Positions 1-11,244 of a stretch of DNA of 64,000 nucleotides are shown piece after piece. A program made the translations under genes and the position numbers. Position 1 is the stretch's first letter; each line of letters begins with the position of its first letter. The notes beneath the pieces were generated by a model, which saw nothing but the letters and a program-made list of their open reading frames with translations, searched no databases and had not been told where the DNA came from. The DNA comes from Macrostomum lignano (taxonomy: Eukaryota): positions 248,001 to 312,000 of the forward strand of contig NIVC01000957.1 of the NCBI GenBank assembly GCA_002269645.1, read 5' to 3'.

Positions 1-232
1 TCACTCTCTCATTGCCAGAACTGTCACTCTTTCAGTGCCGGAACTGTCACTCTCTCAGTGCCGGAACTGTCACTCTCTCATTGCCAGAACTGTCACTCTC
101 TCAGTGCCGGAACTGTCACTCTCTCAGTGCCCGAACTGTCACTCTCAGTGCCCGAACTGTCACTCTCTCAGTGCCCGAACTGTCACTCTCTCAGTGCCAT
201 AACTGTCACACTCAGTGTCATAATTGTCAGTG
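1..232. repeat. Minisatellite, about 23-bp unit (CCGGAACTGTCACTCTCTCAGTG), truncated by the window edge, intronic in the SLC24 gene
   Basis: GAACTGTCAC recurs at 18, 41, 64 and onward, with some 21-bp units; it explains ORFs 12..446 and 58..486. Confidence 0.92.
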
Positions 233-267
233 CCAGTCAGAGCCCAGCACAAGGCTTCAATCCTCAC

Positions 268-482
268 CCCCTGCCGCACACGAACTGCTCAAGGTCGGCG
301 AGCTTCTCCATGAGTCGCTGGTTGAACACCATGATAACAATGTACAGAGCGTACAGACTCAGCAGGATCGCAGCCTCCCAGATCTGCGTCAGGCTGTCCA
401 TCACCATGATGATGAAATATATCACAGATACCAAGTACCAAACTGAGTCTCTGAACAGAGGCCGCCAGTCCAGCTTCAGCAC
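268..482 (-). CDS. SLC24: SLC24/NCKX exchanger, coding exon 5; the gene continues beyond the left edge
   Basis: VLKLDWRPLFRDSVWYLVSVIYFIIMVMDSLTQIWEAAILLSLYALYIVIMVFNQ matches the NCKX WxPLFRD...WE...Y TM segments; acceptor tcag at 486-483, probable donor GTGAGG at 267. Confidence 0.9.
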
Positions 483-560
483 CTGAGTTGAAATGTTTGC
501 TACTATGGCTTAGTATTATGAATTTCTTTAAGCACATTAACAATGAACCGCAGGATTCAC

Positions 561-618
561 CTTTCCAGCGAATGTGGCACTGAAGGACACGATGATCAGC
601 AGGTTGAAAACTGCAGAG
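561..618 (-). CDS. SLC24: SLC24/NCKX coding exon 4
   Basis: Reads (G)SAVFNLLIIVSFSATFAGK, the NCKX GSAVFN motif; acceptor ttgcag, donor GTGAAT at 560; phases fit both neighbouring exons. Confidence 0.9.
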
Positions 619-648
619 CTGCAATTCGTGTTTGGATTGGGTTGTGCT

Positions 649-1016
649 GGATTGGAGAGTGACTCTCAATGGATTGGAGAGTGACTCTCAATGGATTGGA
701 GAGTGATTATCAATGGATTGGAGAGTGACTCTCAATGGATTGGAGAGTGATTCTCAATGGATTTGAGAGTGATTCTCAATGGATTGGAGAGTGACTCTCA
801 ATGGATTGGAGAGTGATTCTCAATGGATTTGAGAGTGATTCTCAATGGATTGGAGAGTGACTCTCAATGGATTAGAGAGAGAGATTCTCAATGGATTGGA
901 GAGTGATTCTCAATGGATTAGAGAGTGATTCTCAATGGATTGGAGAGTGACTCTCAATGGATTAGAGAGTGATTCTCAATGGATTGGAGAGTGATTCTCA
1001 ATGGATTACAGAGTAA
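649..1016. repeat. Minisatellite, 22-bp unit GGATTGGAGAGTGACTCTCAAT, about 16-17 copies, filling most of the intron
   Basis: Period 22 (649, 671, 693 and onward); each unit carries an internal hairpin GAGAGTGACTCTC. Confidence 0.95.
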
Positions 1017-1049
1017 TTCCCGCGGGTTTTCCAGCCCCCAAAACCTCAC

Positions 1050-1233
1050 CCGGCAATGGTGCCCACGCCTGCGTCAGAGTCCATGGCAACCGCCGACATG
1101 GAGCTGAACAGCTCGGGAGCCGAGGACCCGGCCGCCATGAAAGTTGCCCCGGCCACGTCCTCGGACAGCTTGAGCTTCTCGGAGATCGCCTCCAGCGACG
1201 GCACAAAGAAGTCGTCACAGACGATGGCTACCG
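1050..1233 (-). CDS. SLC24: SLC24/NCKX coding exon 3 (alpha-1 repeat)
   Basis: [61 protein letters not shown] is the canonical NCKX alpha-1 signature ([18 protein letters not shown]); ctccag acceptor, GTGAGG donor at 1049. Confidence 0.95.
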
Positions 1234-1886
1234 CTGGAGTTTGAGAGTCACAAGGGCGCCAAATTGAGTGTCACAAAGGCGCCAAAAATTGAGTGTCACA
1301 GATCCTGACCCCCGGTGCAGGCAGTGCTAAAAGTGCTCCGTTAGTCTGCTCAGTTTGAAGAAGTGAAGCGTGAGGATGCGGCTTTATTGCTATGTGCTGT
1401 CAGGATTGTAAAAGCCAAGGTTTCAAAGGCTTGCGTTATGGAGTCTTCCACAAAGGTTTGTGTAGTGCTAAGAAATTTCAAGTATGGCGCTCTGATGCAT
1501 CAGCGGTCCAGGATCGATTCCAAGTGCAGCCATATTAATTTGGAGCCAAATTGGAATCTCGGCTTGTCTCTGTTCGTGCAATCATCGCCCTGTACATGCC
1601 TAACGATAAATAAGTTGGAGTCGCTGTACACTCCTGTGTGAGTTTGTGCCTGTGCGTATGACTGCGTACGTATCCGCAGGGAAGTCGGCGGAATGGGAAG
1701 TAACGCCTCTCACCGGTTGCGACAATGTCGCTTAAAGTGCTTAAGCGCTAGAGTGCACACAGCCCCTGACTCTAACTAAAACAACATTGAGTGCCAGTTC
1801 GAAAAACTTTTAGCAACCCCTAGGACGCCATTTTAAACAAAAGCATTTTTTATGACAACAGATTTTAAGCACTAGTTTGAACTAAC

Positions 1887-2099
1887 CAATAAAGGTGACA
1901 ACCGTCAGGAAGATGTACAGCGCAATGAAGGCACTGCCGAGGCCAGTAGCCTTCTCGGCGTCGCAGGACTCCAACGACACCGCCGGCTTTGGCGCGGGCT
2001 GCACCAATTCGCACTTGCCGTTGTAGAATGTCCGGTTCGGGTCCGACGAGGACGAGCTGAGCAGGCGGCGGCTGCCGGCGACGGCAATGGAGGAGCTCC
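1887..2099 (-). CDS. SLC24: SLC24/NCKX coding exon 2 (extracellular loop and first TM)
   Basis: Reads SSSIAVAGSRRLL...CDAEKATGLGSAFIALYIFLTVVTFI; ccgcag acceptor, GTTAGT donor at 1886; phase 1 at both ends joins exons 1 and 3 in frame. Confidence 0.82.
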
Positions 2100-2175
2100 C
2101 TGCGGGATTTTTTTGCTCACTGATTTAACTGCTTATCTGGGGCTCTATTGAGAAGGTAGAAATCGGCTGTAAAAC

Positions 2176-2660
<485 letters not shown>

Positions 2661-3137
2661 ATCTTCTCTTATCTAACCTTGTTACCTTGGTTCAAATGAG
2701 TCCCAGGAGACATCAGGGATTTATGTCTTAACTGTGATGTGTAACATGCGATTAAAAATGTATCGTGAGAGGCAGCTTATCTCGCGCCCTATAATGCTTA
2801 CCTCATGCCTCCAGAGCCTAATAAGGCAGCATGTTTGTTTTAAAACCAGAATAACCTGAGTGAATTATCCAAGCACTCTCACGTAGTTTACGACGTCAGT
2901 TGAGCCTCAGCAATAAATAGTTTTTATGCATTTCTATTCTAAAGAGGCACAAAGAAATTCCGCACTGGTTTCTTTTGGCTTTGCACGCACAGAAAAGATT
3001 CACGGCGAAGGAATCCTACCAAGAGCAGAGAGCGCCCACCCCCAGCTGCAGTCATCCCTGTATTTCTCATTTTAAAGTGCCCGAGTTCGAATCCATGGCG
3101 CGGCCATTTTTCTGCTTTAGAAATAGCAGCGTCGTCT

Positions 3138-4133
3138 TACTGTAATAGAGGCGCCATCATACTGTAATAGAGGCGCCATCATACTGTAATAGGAGACGCC
3201 ATCTTACTGTAATAGAGGCGCCATCTTACTGTAATAGAGGCGCCATCCTACTGTAATAGAGGCGCCATCCTACTGTAATAGAGGCGCCATCCTACTGTAA
3301 TAGAGGCGCTATCCTACTGTAATAGAGGCGCCATCTTACTGTAATAGAGGCGCTATCCTACTGTAATAGAGGCGCCATCTTACTGTAATAGAGGCGCCAT
3401 CCTACTGTAATAGAGGCGCCATCCTACTGTAATAGAGGCGCTATCCTACTGTAATAGAGGCGCCATCTTACTGTAATAGAGGCGCTATCCTATTGTAATA
3501 GAGGCGCCATCTTACTGTAATAGAGGCGCCATATTACTGTAATAGAGGCGCTATCCTACTGTAATAGAGGGGCGCCATCCTACTGTAATAGAGGCGCCAT
3601 CCTACTGTAATAGAGGCGCCATATTACTGTAATAGAGACGCCATCTTACTGTAATAGAGACGCCATCATACTGTAATAGAGGCGCCATCCTACTGTAATA
3701 GAGGCGCCATATTACTGTAATAGAGACGCCATCTTACTGTAATAGAGACGCCATCATACTGTAATAGAGGGGCGCCATCCTACTGTAATAGAGGCGCCAT
3801 CCTACTGTAATAGAGGCGCCATATTACTGTAATAGAGACGCCATCTTACTGTAATAGAGACGCCATCCTACTGTAATAGAGGCGCCATCCTACTGTAATA
3901 GAGGCGCCATATTACTGTAATAGAGACGCCATCTTACTGTAATAGAGACGCCATCATACTGTAATAGAGGCGCCATCTTAATGTAATAGAGGCGCCATCA
4001 TACTGTAATAGAGGCGCCATATTACTGTAATAGAGGCGCTATCCTACTGTAATTGAGGCGCCATCATACTGTAATAGAGGCGCTATCATGCTGTAATAGA
4101 GGCGCCATCCTACTGTAATAGAGGCGCCATCTA
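3138..4133. repeat. Minisatellite, 22-bp unit TACTGTAATAGAGGCGCCATC(C/T/A), about 45 copies
   Basis: Period 22 from 3138; it ends about 28 bp from the exon 1 donor. Confidence 0.96.
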
Positions 4134-4161
4134 TTTCTGAGAATCTGGGTAGGCGACTCAC

Positions 4162-4342
4162 CTGAGAGGCCGCCCGGAGGCGCGGCGCCCGGCTGCAGGA
4201 CGGCCAGCGCGATGGCAGCCAGCAGGAGGCAGGCGGACAGGCAGGAGGACAGCAGCGGGTGCGGCCGGCCCACCAAGCTCGTGTAGCCCAGAGTTCGATT
4301 CCACTGGCCCTTGCGCAGGGCGGCTCGGAACAGGCGGGCCAT
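4162..4342 (-). CDS. SLC24: SLC24/NCKX probable first coding exon
   Basis: ATG at 4342; MARLFRAALRK...LLSSCLSACLLLAAIALAVLQPG has a signal-like hydrophobic stretch; CAG|GTGAGT donor at 4161; 181 nt gives phase 1, matching exon 2. Confidence 0.72.
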
Positions 4343-4580
4343 GGCAGCTGGCTCGGAGTCGCTGACTGAGAAATCTGTTTCAAAGCACAGAAGTGTCGGG
4401 CAGCGCCAGCTCTTTTCCAGGCTGCTGCCGAGCTTTTCTACCTTCGCTCACTTCTGGCTGGCCCGTCTGATTGGCTGGTGGGAGCTGGGCAGGGCTGCTG
4501 CCCTCCCGTGCACTCTAACCGGTTTTTGGGTCTCCGGTGCACTCTTAGTGCAATCGGCGGAAAATTGGATAAATTTCTTC

Positions 4581-5320
4581 GTGGGCGCCCCTGTCTCTTG
4601 ATGGGTGCCTCTGTATTTTGGTGGGCGCCCCTGTCTCTTGATGGGTGCCTCTGTATTTTGGTGGGCGCCCCTGTCTCTTGATGGGTGCCTCTGTATTTTG
4701 GTGGGCGCCCCTGTCTCTTGATGGGTGCCTCTGTATTTTGGTGGGCGCCCCTGTCTCTTGATGGGTGCCTCTGTATTTTGGTGGGCGCCCCTGTCTCTTG
4801 ATGGGTGCCTCTGTATTTTGGTGGGCGCCCCTGTCTCTTGATGGGTGCCTCTGTATTTTGGTGGGCGCCCCTGTCTCTTGATGGGTGCCTCTGTATTTTG
4901 GTGGGCGCCCCTGTCTCTTGATGGGTGCCTCTGTATTTTGGTGGGCGCCCCTGTCTCTTGATGGGTGCCTCTGTATTTTGGTGGGCGCCCCTGTCTCTTG
5001 ATGGGTGCCTCTGTATTTTGGTGGGCGCCCCTGTCTCTTGATGGGTGCCTCTGTATTTTGGTGGGCGCCCCTGTCTCTTGATGGGTGCCTCTGTATTTTG
5101 GTGGGCGCCCCTGTCTCTTGATGGGTGCCTCTGTATTTTGGTGGGCGCCCCTGTCTCTTGATGGGTGCCTCTGTATTTTGGTGGGCGCCCCTGTCTCTTG
5201 ATGGGTGCCTCTGTATTTTGGTGGGCGCCCCTGTCTCTTGATGGGTGCCTCTGTATTTTGGTGGGCGCCCCTGTCTCTTGATGGGTGCCTCTGTATTTTG
5301 GTGGGCGCCCCTGTCTCTTG
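4581..5320. repeat. Perfect 40-bp tandem repeat GTGGGCGCCCCTGTCTCTTGATGGGTGCCTCTGTATTTTG, about 18.5 copies
   Basis: Identical units at period 40, about 240 bp upstream of the SLC24 ATG. Confidence 0.97.
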
Positions 5321-7189
5321 GTCGGCGCCCCCGTCTTTTGGTTGGCGCCTCTGTCTCCTAGTTTGGCTGCTTCTTCCCCTCGGTCCTTCAGTTGAGTTCA
5401 GCGGACTGACAGCAGTTTAAACAGATTGGTTAATTCATTCGGTTGGTAGTTCGCAGTCTCAGTCAGAGCAGCGAATTCGACCCCTCTCGCCCAAGCTGCA
5501 TCTGATTCGGTGCTGCGGACTGATAAACTTTACAGATCACGCGGCTTATTGACCAAGAGCGACTGCGGGATTTAATCGACAATTTGGCCAACTGTGAGCT
5601 GCATGTGCTCAAACAATCCAATCCTAAATTGAATTCATCGAAAATTAAATTATGTACGACAGTATTAAATAAAAAAGTAAGTGTACCAGCATTCTTCAAG
5701 TCCACTTAAAAGTACATCAATTGAAATCAACCCGGGATTACTCAAGTAGAATGCTGCACTTTCAAATCTTGCTAGAAAATGCATTGGCGAAACGGCAAGT
5801 CCAGTTTTTAGAGCTAAATTTCCGGGATCCCACATCTCGCCTTCTGGACTGGCGCGAATTCCAAATGAAGCAGAAAAGCGTTTTGTCGGAGATGCAACCA
5901 AACCAATATTTTTTCCTGAAATGCAACTGGAAACCGGCAAGCAAGCAGAGTTCTCGCAGAACTTCAGCTGCTCTTGTTGCTTCAATCGTCTACTCGTATG
6001 AACAGACCTCATTGATTGCAACGCAGAAAAGCAAAAACCTGTTTATTAGAAACGCCACTGCATTTCAAAAGAATTGATACCCTCCGATATCACCTCAAGA
6101 AAACTTTTCCCAGCAAAAATCATATATGTACTTTCTTTATTAGACTTTCTGAAGTCCAAAGTCAATCCAAAAGACTGGCGACCCTTTAAACCCATGTTCT
6201 AATTGCATGTAATTAATGAAGCACTATGATAGATCACAGAATGCAAATCAGTCAGTAATATGACCCATTAATTAAAGCCAGGCAAGAGACCAACCTACTT
6301 AATCAGACCGAAACTCATCTGAGCAGCACCCTGATGACGCATAGATTAGGATCGTTCTTAGTAGGAAGAACTAAATCAGTAAGCCAGTTCGTCCTGTTTC
6401 CATCAATCAACATCTGTCTGCCAATTGAAGAACACAGCGCTGAAATCACAGAGCAAACAGCTCAGAGACAGCGACCGCTCTTGTCATTAAATCAGCAGAG
6501 GGCAGAGTACACACAGCCGCGCCACGACTACTGGTTTGATTCCATGCGTGGCCACCCTCATTTGTGCAGCTTGCAGTACATGAAAATCGGCCCAGGGTCG
6601 ATGTGCCATTCACATTACTCGCGAAGGCCAACCCCTCCCCAAGGTACAGAGAGTGTACAGGTACATGGCCCACAATTAGAAAATCAGGGCTGCTTCACAC
6701 CCTGCGTGAGCGTGTGTACGAGAGCGTGCCTGCATACAGTATCCGCGCGCTTGTGTGTGCTCATGGGCAGAATTACCCCAGCTTCTGGTTGCTCGACGAT
6801 GCCTCCGAATACGTTGTGCCAGGGTGTCCATGCACAGCCTTCCAGCGAAAAATGTTATACACTCAGCAACATGCTGAGGTTTCCACCCGTAAATCAGTGG
6901 TCAACAAGTGGAAGCTTTAATCCAACTCTAAGCCATCTACACTCTCTCCTTACCAAGCTTAGGCTAATTACATCACCCAACTTTAACACAGTTGAGACGA
7001 GAACCGCGGGCGTGTGGTGTGAATTGCATCTCTTAGGGCAAGGATCTGAGAAAAGTTGACCACTGGTTTTGCAACGGAAGCTTTAACATCCGCCATCCCG
7101 GACCCGGACCCAGTGCGCCTGAGCGAGAGTTGGAAAACCTTGCGTCATTTGCATTGCCGTGATCTGAATTGGGCCGATGCTCGATGCCC

Positions 7190-7765
7190 TAGGGTGGCGG
7201 TTTTCAATGTTGCTGAATATAAGTATCTCAGATACATCGCTCTAGGGTGGCAGCTTTCAATGTTGCTGAATATAAGTATCTCAGATACATCGCTCTAGGG
7301 TGGCGGTTTTCAATGTTGCTGAATATAAGTATCTCAGATACATCGCTCTAGGGTGGCGGTTTTCAATGTTGCTGAATATAAGTATCTCAGATACATCGCT
7401 CTAGGGTGGCAGCTTTCAATGTTTCTGAATATAAGTATCTCAGATACATCGCTCTAGGGTGGCGGTTTTCAATGTTGCTGAATATAAGTATCTCAGATAC
7501 ATCGCTCTAGGGTGGCGGTTTTCAATGTTGCTGAATATAAGTATCTCAGATACATCGCTCTAGGGTGGCAGCTTTCAATGTTTCTGAATATAAGTATCTC
7601 AGATACATCGCTCTAGGGTGGCGGTTTTCAATGTTGCTGAATATAAGTATCTCAGATACATCGCTCTAGGGTGGCGGTTTTCAATGTTGCTGAATATAAG
7701 TATCTCAGATACATCGCTCTAGGGTGGCAGCTTTCAATGTTGCTGAATATATGTATCTCAGATCC
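7190..7765. repeat. 53-bp tandem repeat, about 11 copies, with a 3-unit higher-order pattern
   Basis: TAGGGTGGC at 7190, 7243 and onward; the GCAGCTTT variant occurs every third unit; each unit contains the hairpin GTATCT-C-AGATAC. Confidence 0.95.
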
Positions 7766-8586
7766 ATTGCGCACCGCGAAAGCTCCCAGCTCTCAGCAAA
7801 ATCCCCAAACCAAAGCCCCCTTGTTTTACAGTCTCCATTCCCGCTGAGGCGAACTGTACTCAATACCCGGCTAATTGCCGGGCTGTAATGACCAACCAAC
7901 CTACAAAGTCAGTCGGATTGCTAAGCCGGCTCTCCTCTCGATCACTGCACCGCTTCCTCCGCCGCAAAGAAATCCGAGACTGACTGATTTGAGCGAGCTG
8001 TTTTTCACGCGACACTGCATGGCTACATGACTAGGGAGAAGCAGAGTTAATGAGCTCATGGACACCGAGTGAGCAGGCGGGCTAATCTGCGGCCGCTCAG
8101 GGCTAATGACCGGCCGAAGCTTGGGAAGAAAGTAAATGAACAAGTCGGGAAAAAGGCGTTTAAAAGCCGGCTTGCAATCTTTGTCTACGAATTTCCATGG
8201 GTAAAGCGATTTGAAAGAGCTCAAAACCTCCATATCCCAGTTGAGCACAGAGTTTTCTAAACAATTGACGGACGCAAGTCTTTTTTATTCTTGCATTTTT
8301 CTAATGAAAACAGAAACATTGCTATCATTTTAACGAAAATCAGGTACTATACTTACTCAATACTAGGGACGTGAATCGAAAAAATTAGAGGCCAAGGACC
8401 TTCATATCTTCTTATCATATCGCTTGCAGTCAGTGAATTTGTGTCTGTGGTAAAGTCCTATCCAAGTACGCTCGTAATGCTTTTCGAGGAATACTTATTG
8501 ATCAATAGATTAGCCTCCAACTGTTGTCGTTTCCCGTCCCTAGTATTGAGTAGTCCCTGCAGGACGAAAATGAACAAATATGAACA

Positions 8587-9150
8587 CCCATATTTGAGCC
8601 CCGCACTCCCAACACCATTGAGTCCCGCACTCCCAACACCATTGAGTCCCGCACTCTCAACACCATTGAGTCCCGCACTCTCAACACCATTGAGCCCCGC
8701 ACTCCCAACACCATTGAGCCCCGCACTCCCAACACCATTGAGCCCCGCACTCCCAACACCATTGAGCCCCGCACTCCCAACACCATTGAGCCCCGCACTC
8801 CCAACACCATTGAGCCCCGCACTCCCAACACCATTGAGTCCCGCACTCTCAACACCATTGAGTCCCGCACTCTCAACACAATTGAGTCCCGCACATACGC
8901 GCGCAACCTTGGGAATCACCCGGCCGTCTCTATTGGCAACACACACATGTAAGTCGCTATTGGCTGAGAGCAGTCACGTGACTACTATTCTGTCCAATAG
9001 CGACTTACCTGTGTGTGTTGCCAATAGAAACGGCCGAGTGAATCCCAAGGTTGCGCCCAAGCATGGTCCCGCACTCTCAACACCATTGAGTCCCGCACTC
9101 CCAACGCTCCAACATCATTGAGTCCCGTACTTCAACACCATTGAGTCCCA
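8587..9150. repeat. 24-bp minisatellite CCATTGAG(C/T)CCCGCACTC(C/T)CAACA, interrupted by a palindromic insert
   Basis: About 13 units in 8587-8895, resuming at about 9068-9150; it explains the SPALPTPL ORFs. Confidence 0.93.
8901..9056. mobile_element. Palindromic (foldback/MITE-like) element with 63-bp arms
   Basis: 8901-8963 is the reverse complement of 8994-9056 with 4 mismatches; the loop contains the palindrome AGTCACGTGACT; no TSD identified. Confidence 0.7.
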
Positions 9151-9648
9151 CTGAACACACTAAAATAGGGGTCAAATAACGCGTAGGCACACCAAGACAG
9201 GTTTCTGGCTCGTTTGTCTTCGTCAGTCAGCCACAGTTACGCGCCGTCCTTTCCCACCACTTTTAGTGTGCAGACGTATCTTTTATGCTGTAATTTCTTC
9301 TATGGCGACATTTTCGAGCTATGCGAGGGATTTAACGATTCAAATCTTTATTATCTGTCTACTTTTCTCGGTAGCTTGGTAATGAGCGGGAGCAGTTATA
9401 GTTGTGCTACTCTCTTATTTTATTTGCCCCACTTAGCGCCTGTGTGTGTGTCCATCTCCTGCTTGTCTGCCTTAGTGTCTGAGAGTCTTTGTGTCTTAGA
9501 GCTTAGTCATAAATTCTGTTTTAGTATCCGCCCATCTTAGTGCCTGCAACAGTGTTAGTCTGTCAAAACAAACACGATGCACAACACGAAAAGCCTCAAA
9601 TGCCAAACAGGCTACTAGCAGTAGCTGCTGCAGCCAATCAGAACAAAC

Positions 9649-9727
9649 TTGAAGTCCGTAGTCCGGATTCGCCCTGATCTCCTTGGCGGTCTCGCAGGTC
9701 AAGCCGACGTGGCTGAAGTATTGACAA
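9649..9727 (-). CDS. Helicase-RBR gene, exon completing the IBR domain; 3' end uncertain (may read on to the stop at 9496)
   Basis: tttcag acceptor at 9728; the phase-2 join gives CRGTFCLD|CQYFSHVGLTCETAKEIRANPDYGL, supplying the last IBR C/H/C ligands. Confidence 0.7.
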
Positions 9728-9809
9728 CTGAAATTACGGAAAAGATACCATTTGAAAAGAATTCGAAATTTACTAGCAGAAGCAATTTTATTCGCGAGAG
9801 GCTGCTCAC

Positions 9810-10048
9810 TCCAGACAGAAGGTTCCACGACAGACTTTGCAGCGGCTCTCCCTGACGGCGGCCTCTTTGAAATCGCGCAGCAGGCCGGGACAGTCGGGCG
9901 CCGGGCAGAACTGCAGACAGCTGGCCGGTAAATTTACGTGACTCTTCAGGGCGGGTCCGAGGAGGCGGCGCATCAGCTGCTCTCGTTCGGCTGGGCTGGG
10001 CGCGCGGTCAAGGATGTCCTGTGCCACGTGGAACGGTCGGCCACAGCC
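9810..10048 (-). CDS. Helicase-RBR gene, exon with the end of RING1 and the IBR domain
   Basis: GCGRPFHVAQDIL...LQFCPAPDCPG...SRCKVCRGTFCL shows IBR spacing (CPxxxC, CxxC, FC); ctcag acceptor, GTGAGC donor at 9809. Confidence 0.85.
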
Positions 10049-10151
10049 CTGAGCAGGTCCGAGACAAAGGTGAAAGTGTGGAAATGGGATGAGACACGGA
10101 GGATGGGAAGAGGGATTATATTAGAGAAGAAATTATCCATTCGAGCCTCAC

Positions 10152-10599
10152 CTCAGCAGCACACAGCAGAGGCACATCGGTAGTGGAGGCCAGCTGCAGG
10201 TCCAGGCAATCGGTGCAGTAGACGTGACCGCACAATGCCAGGGTGGTGGCGGCCTCAGTGCCCGCTGGCGCGAAGCACACGGGGCACTCCAGCTTCACGG
10301 TGCCAGGCACAGCAACCGTTGTGGCGTTCAGAGCCGCCGCAGCAGCCGCGGCGGCCGCTTCCTCTTCGGCCAGACGCTCAACGGCCTCAGCGGCGGCGGC
10401 CACAGCGTCGGCGTTCACTCCAAACAGAGTCAGCGTCCTGCTGTCGCCTAGGTCGAGCTCGGCGGTGACGGACTCGTCGCCCAGTTTGGACAAATCCCTG
10501 CCGAATGTCTTCAATAGGCGACGGATGAGGCTGCGAGGGCGATGAGCGCCAGCCAGAGAGAGTTCGCGCAGGCTGAGTGCCTCTCGCTCTGACAAGTAG
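10152..10599 (-). CDS. Helicase-RBR gene, exon with a KH-like segment and RING1
   Basis: CPVCFAP...LALCGHVYCTDCLDLQL...VPLLCAAE is a C3HC4-type RING1; ccccag acceptor in phase 2 matches the helicase exon donor; GAG|GTGAGG donor at 10151. Confidence 0.87.
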
Positions 10600-11244
10600 C
10601 TGGGGAGTTCAAAGATTATTTTAAGTATCAAACAGGACTGCGTGTACTTCTAATAATATCGGCTACTATGGTTTGTATTTAACAGGTGAGCACGTGACTA
10701 CGGCACGACCACAGCAACTGGTTTGCTATGCGTGTACATTGTCTAACGGTGAAAATACCGTTCCTCGAATACCTATGCGAGTGTATGTACTCAGAGTAAG
10801 TTAGTGGAAGAAGCATTTTGAGCATCTATATTTGTATTTGAAAGTAAGATTTGAACTCGCAATAGGCCCAGATGGATTTCTTAATACTCTTCGTCACCTG
10901 GTAAACGAAGTTCTGATCAACTTTTAGATTGAGTGTAATTAAATTTTAGCAGACACCCCACAAAAATTCCAACAGTGTTCTTTCCCTTGCGTACGACTTG
11001 CTTGCCAAGCTGTAACCAAAACAAAGTATAAATATAAGCTACTGTCCTAAGCAAGTTACAACCTTCCAACATCTCCTTAGTTCACACTTTAACGGATGCT
11101 ACAAACTAACAATTCGCAACATTTTTATCAAAATTTCGCTTCACATTCTTTGCTTGCTGCTCTTCGATAGGCGATTATTAAGGGTTGACAGTCCCGAAAA
11201 TTTATACGGAGCTAAATTAATTAACTATTTAATCGTTCACTTAC

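Noticed and set aside
6334-7059. 241-aa ORF and the overlapping short ORFs
   Set aside because: No domain motifs, no splice-phase link to neighbouring genes, and no RING2 pattern on the opposite strand.
7190-7765. Regularly spaced repeats with internal palindromes (also the 40-, 60- and 35-bp arrays) as CRISPR arrays
   Set aside because: The units are head-to-tail with no unique spacers, no cas genes are present, and the context is eukaryotic with introns.
8441-9121. ORFs over minisatellites (also 12..446, 58..486, 35085..35793, 44973..45929, 46440..46997)
   Set aside because: The periodic or low-complexity peptides are fully explained by tandem units or GA/CT tracts, and most begin at non-ATG codons.
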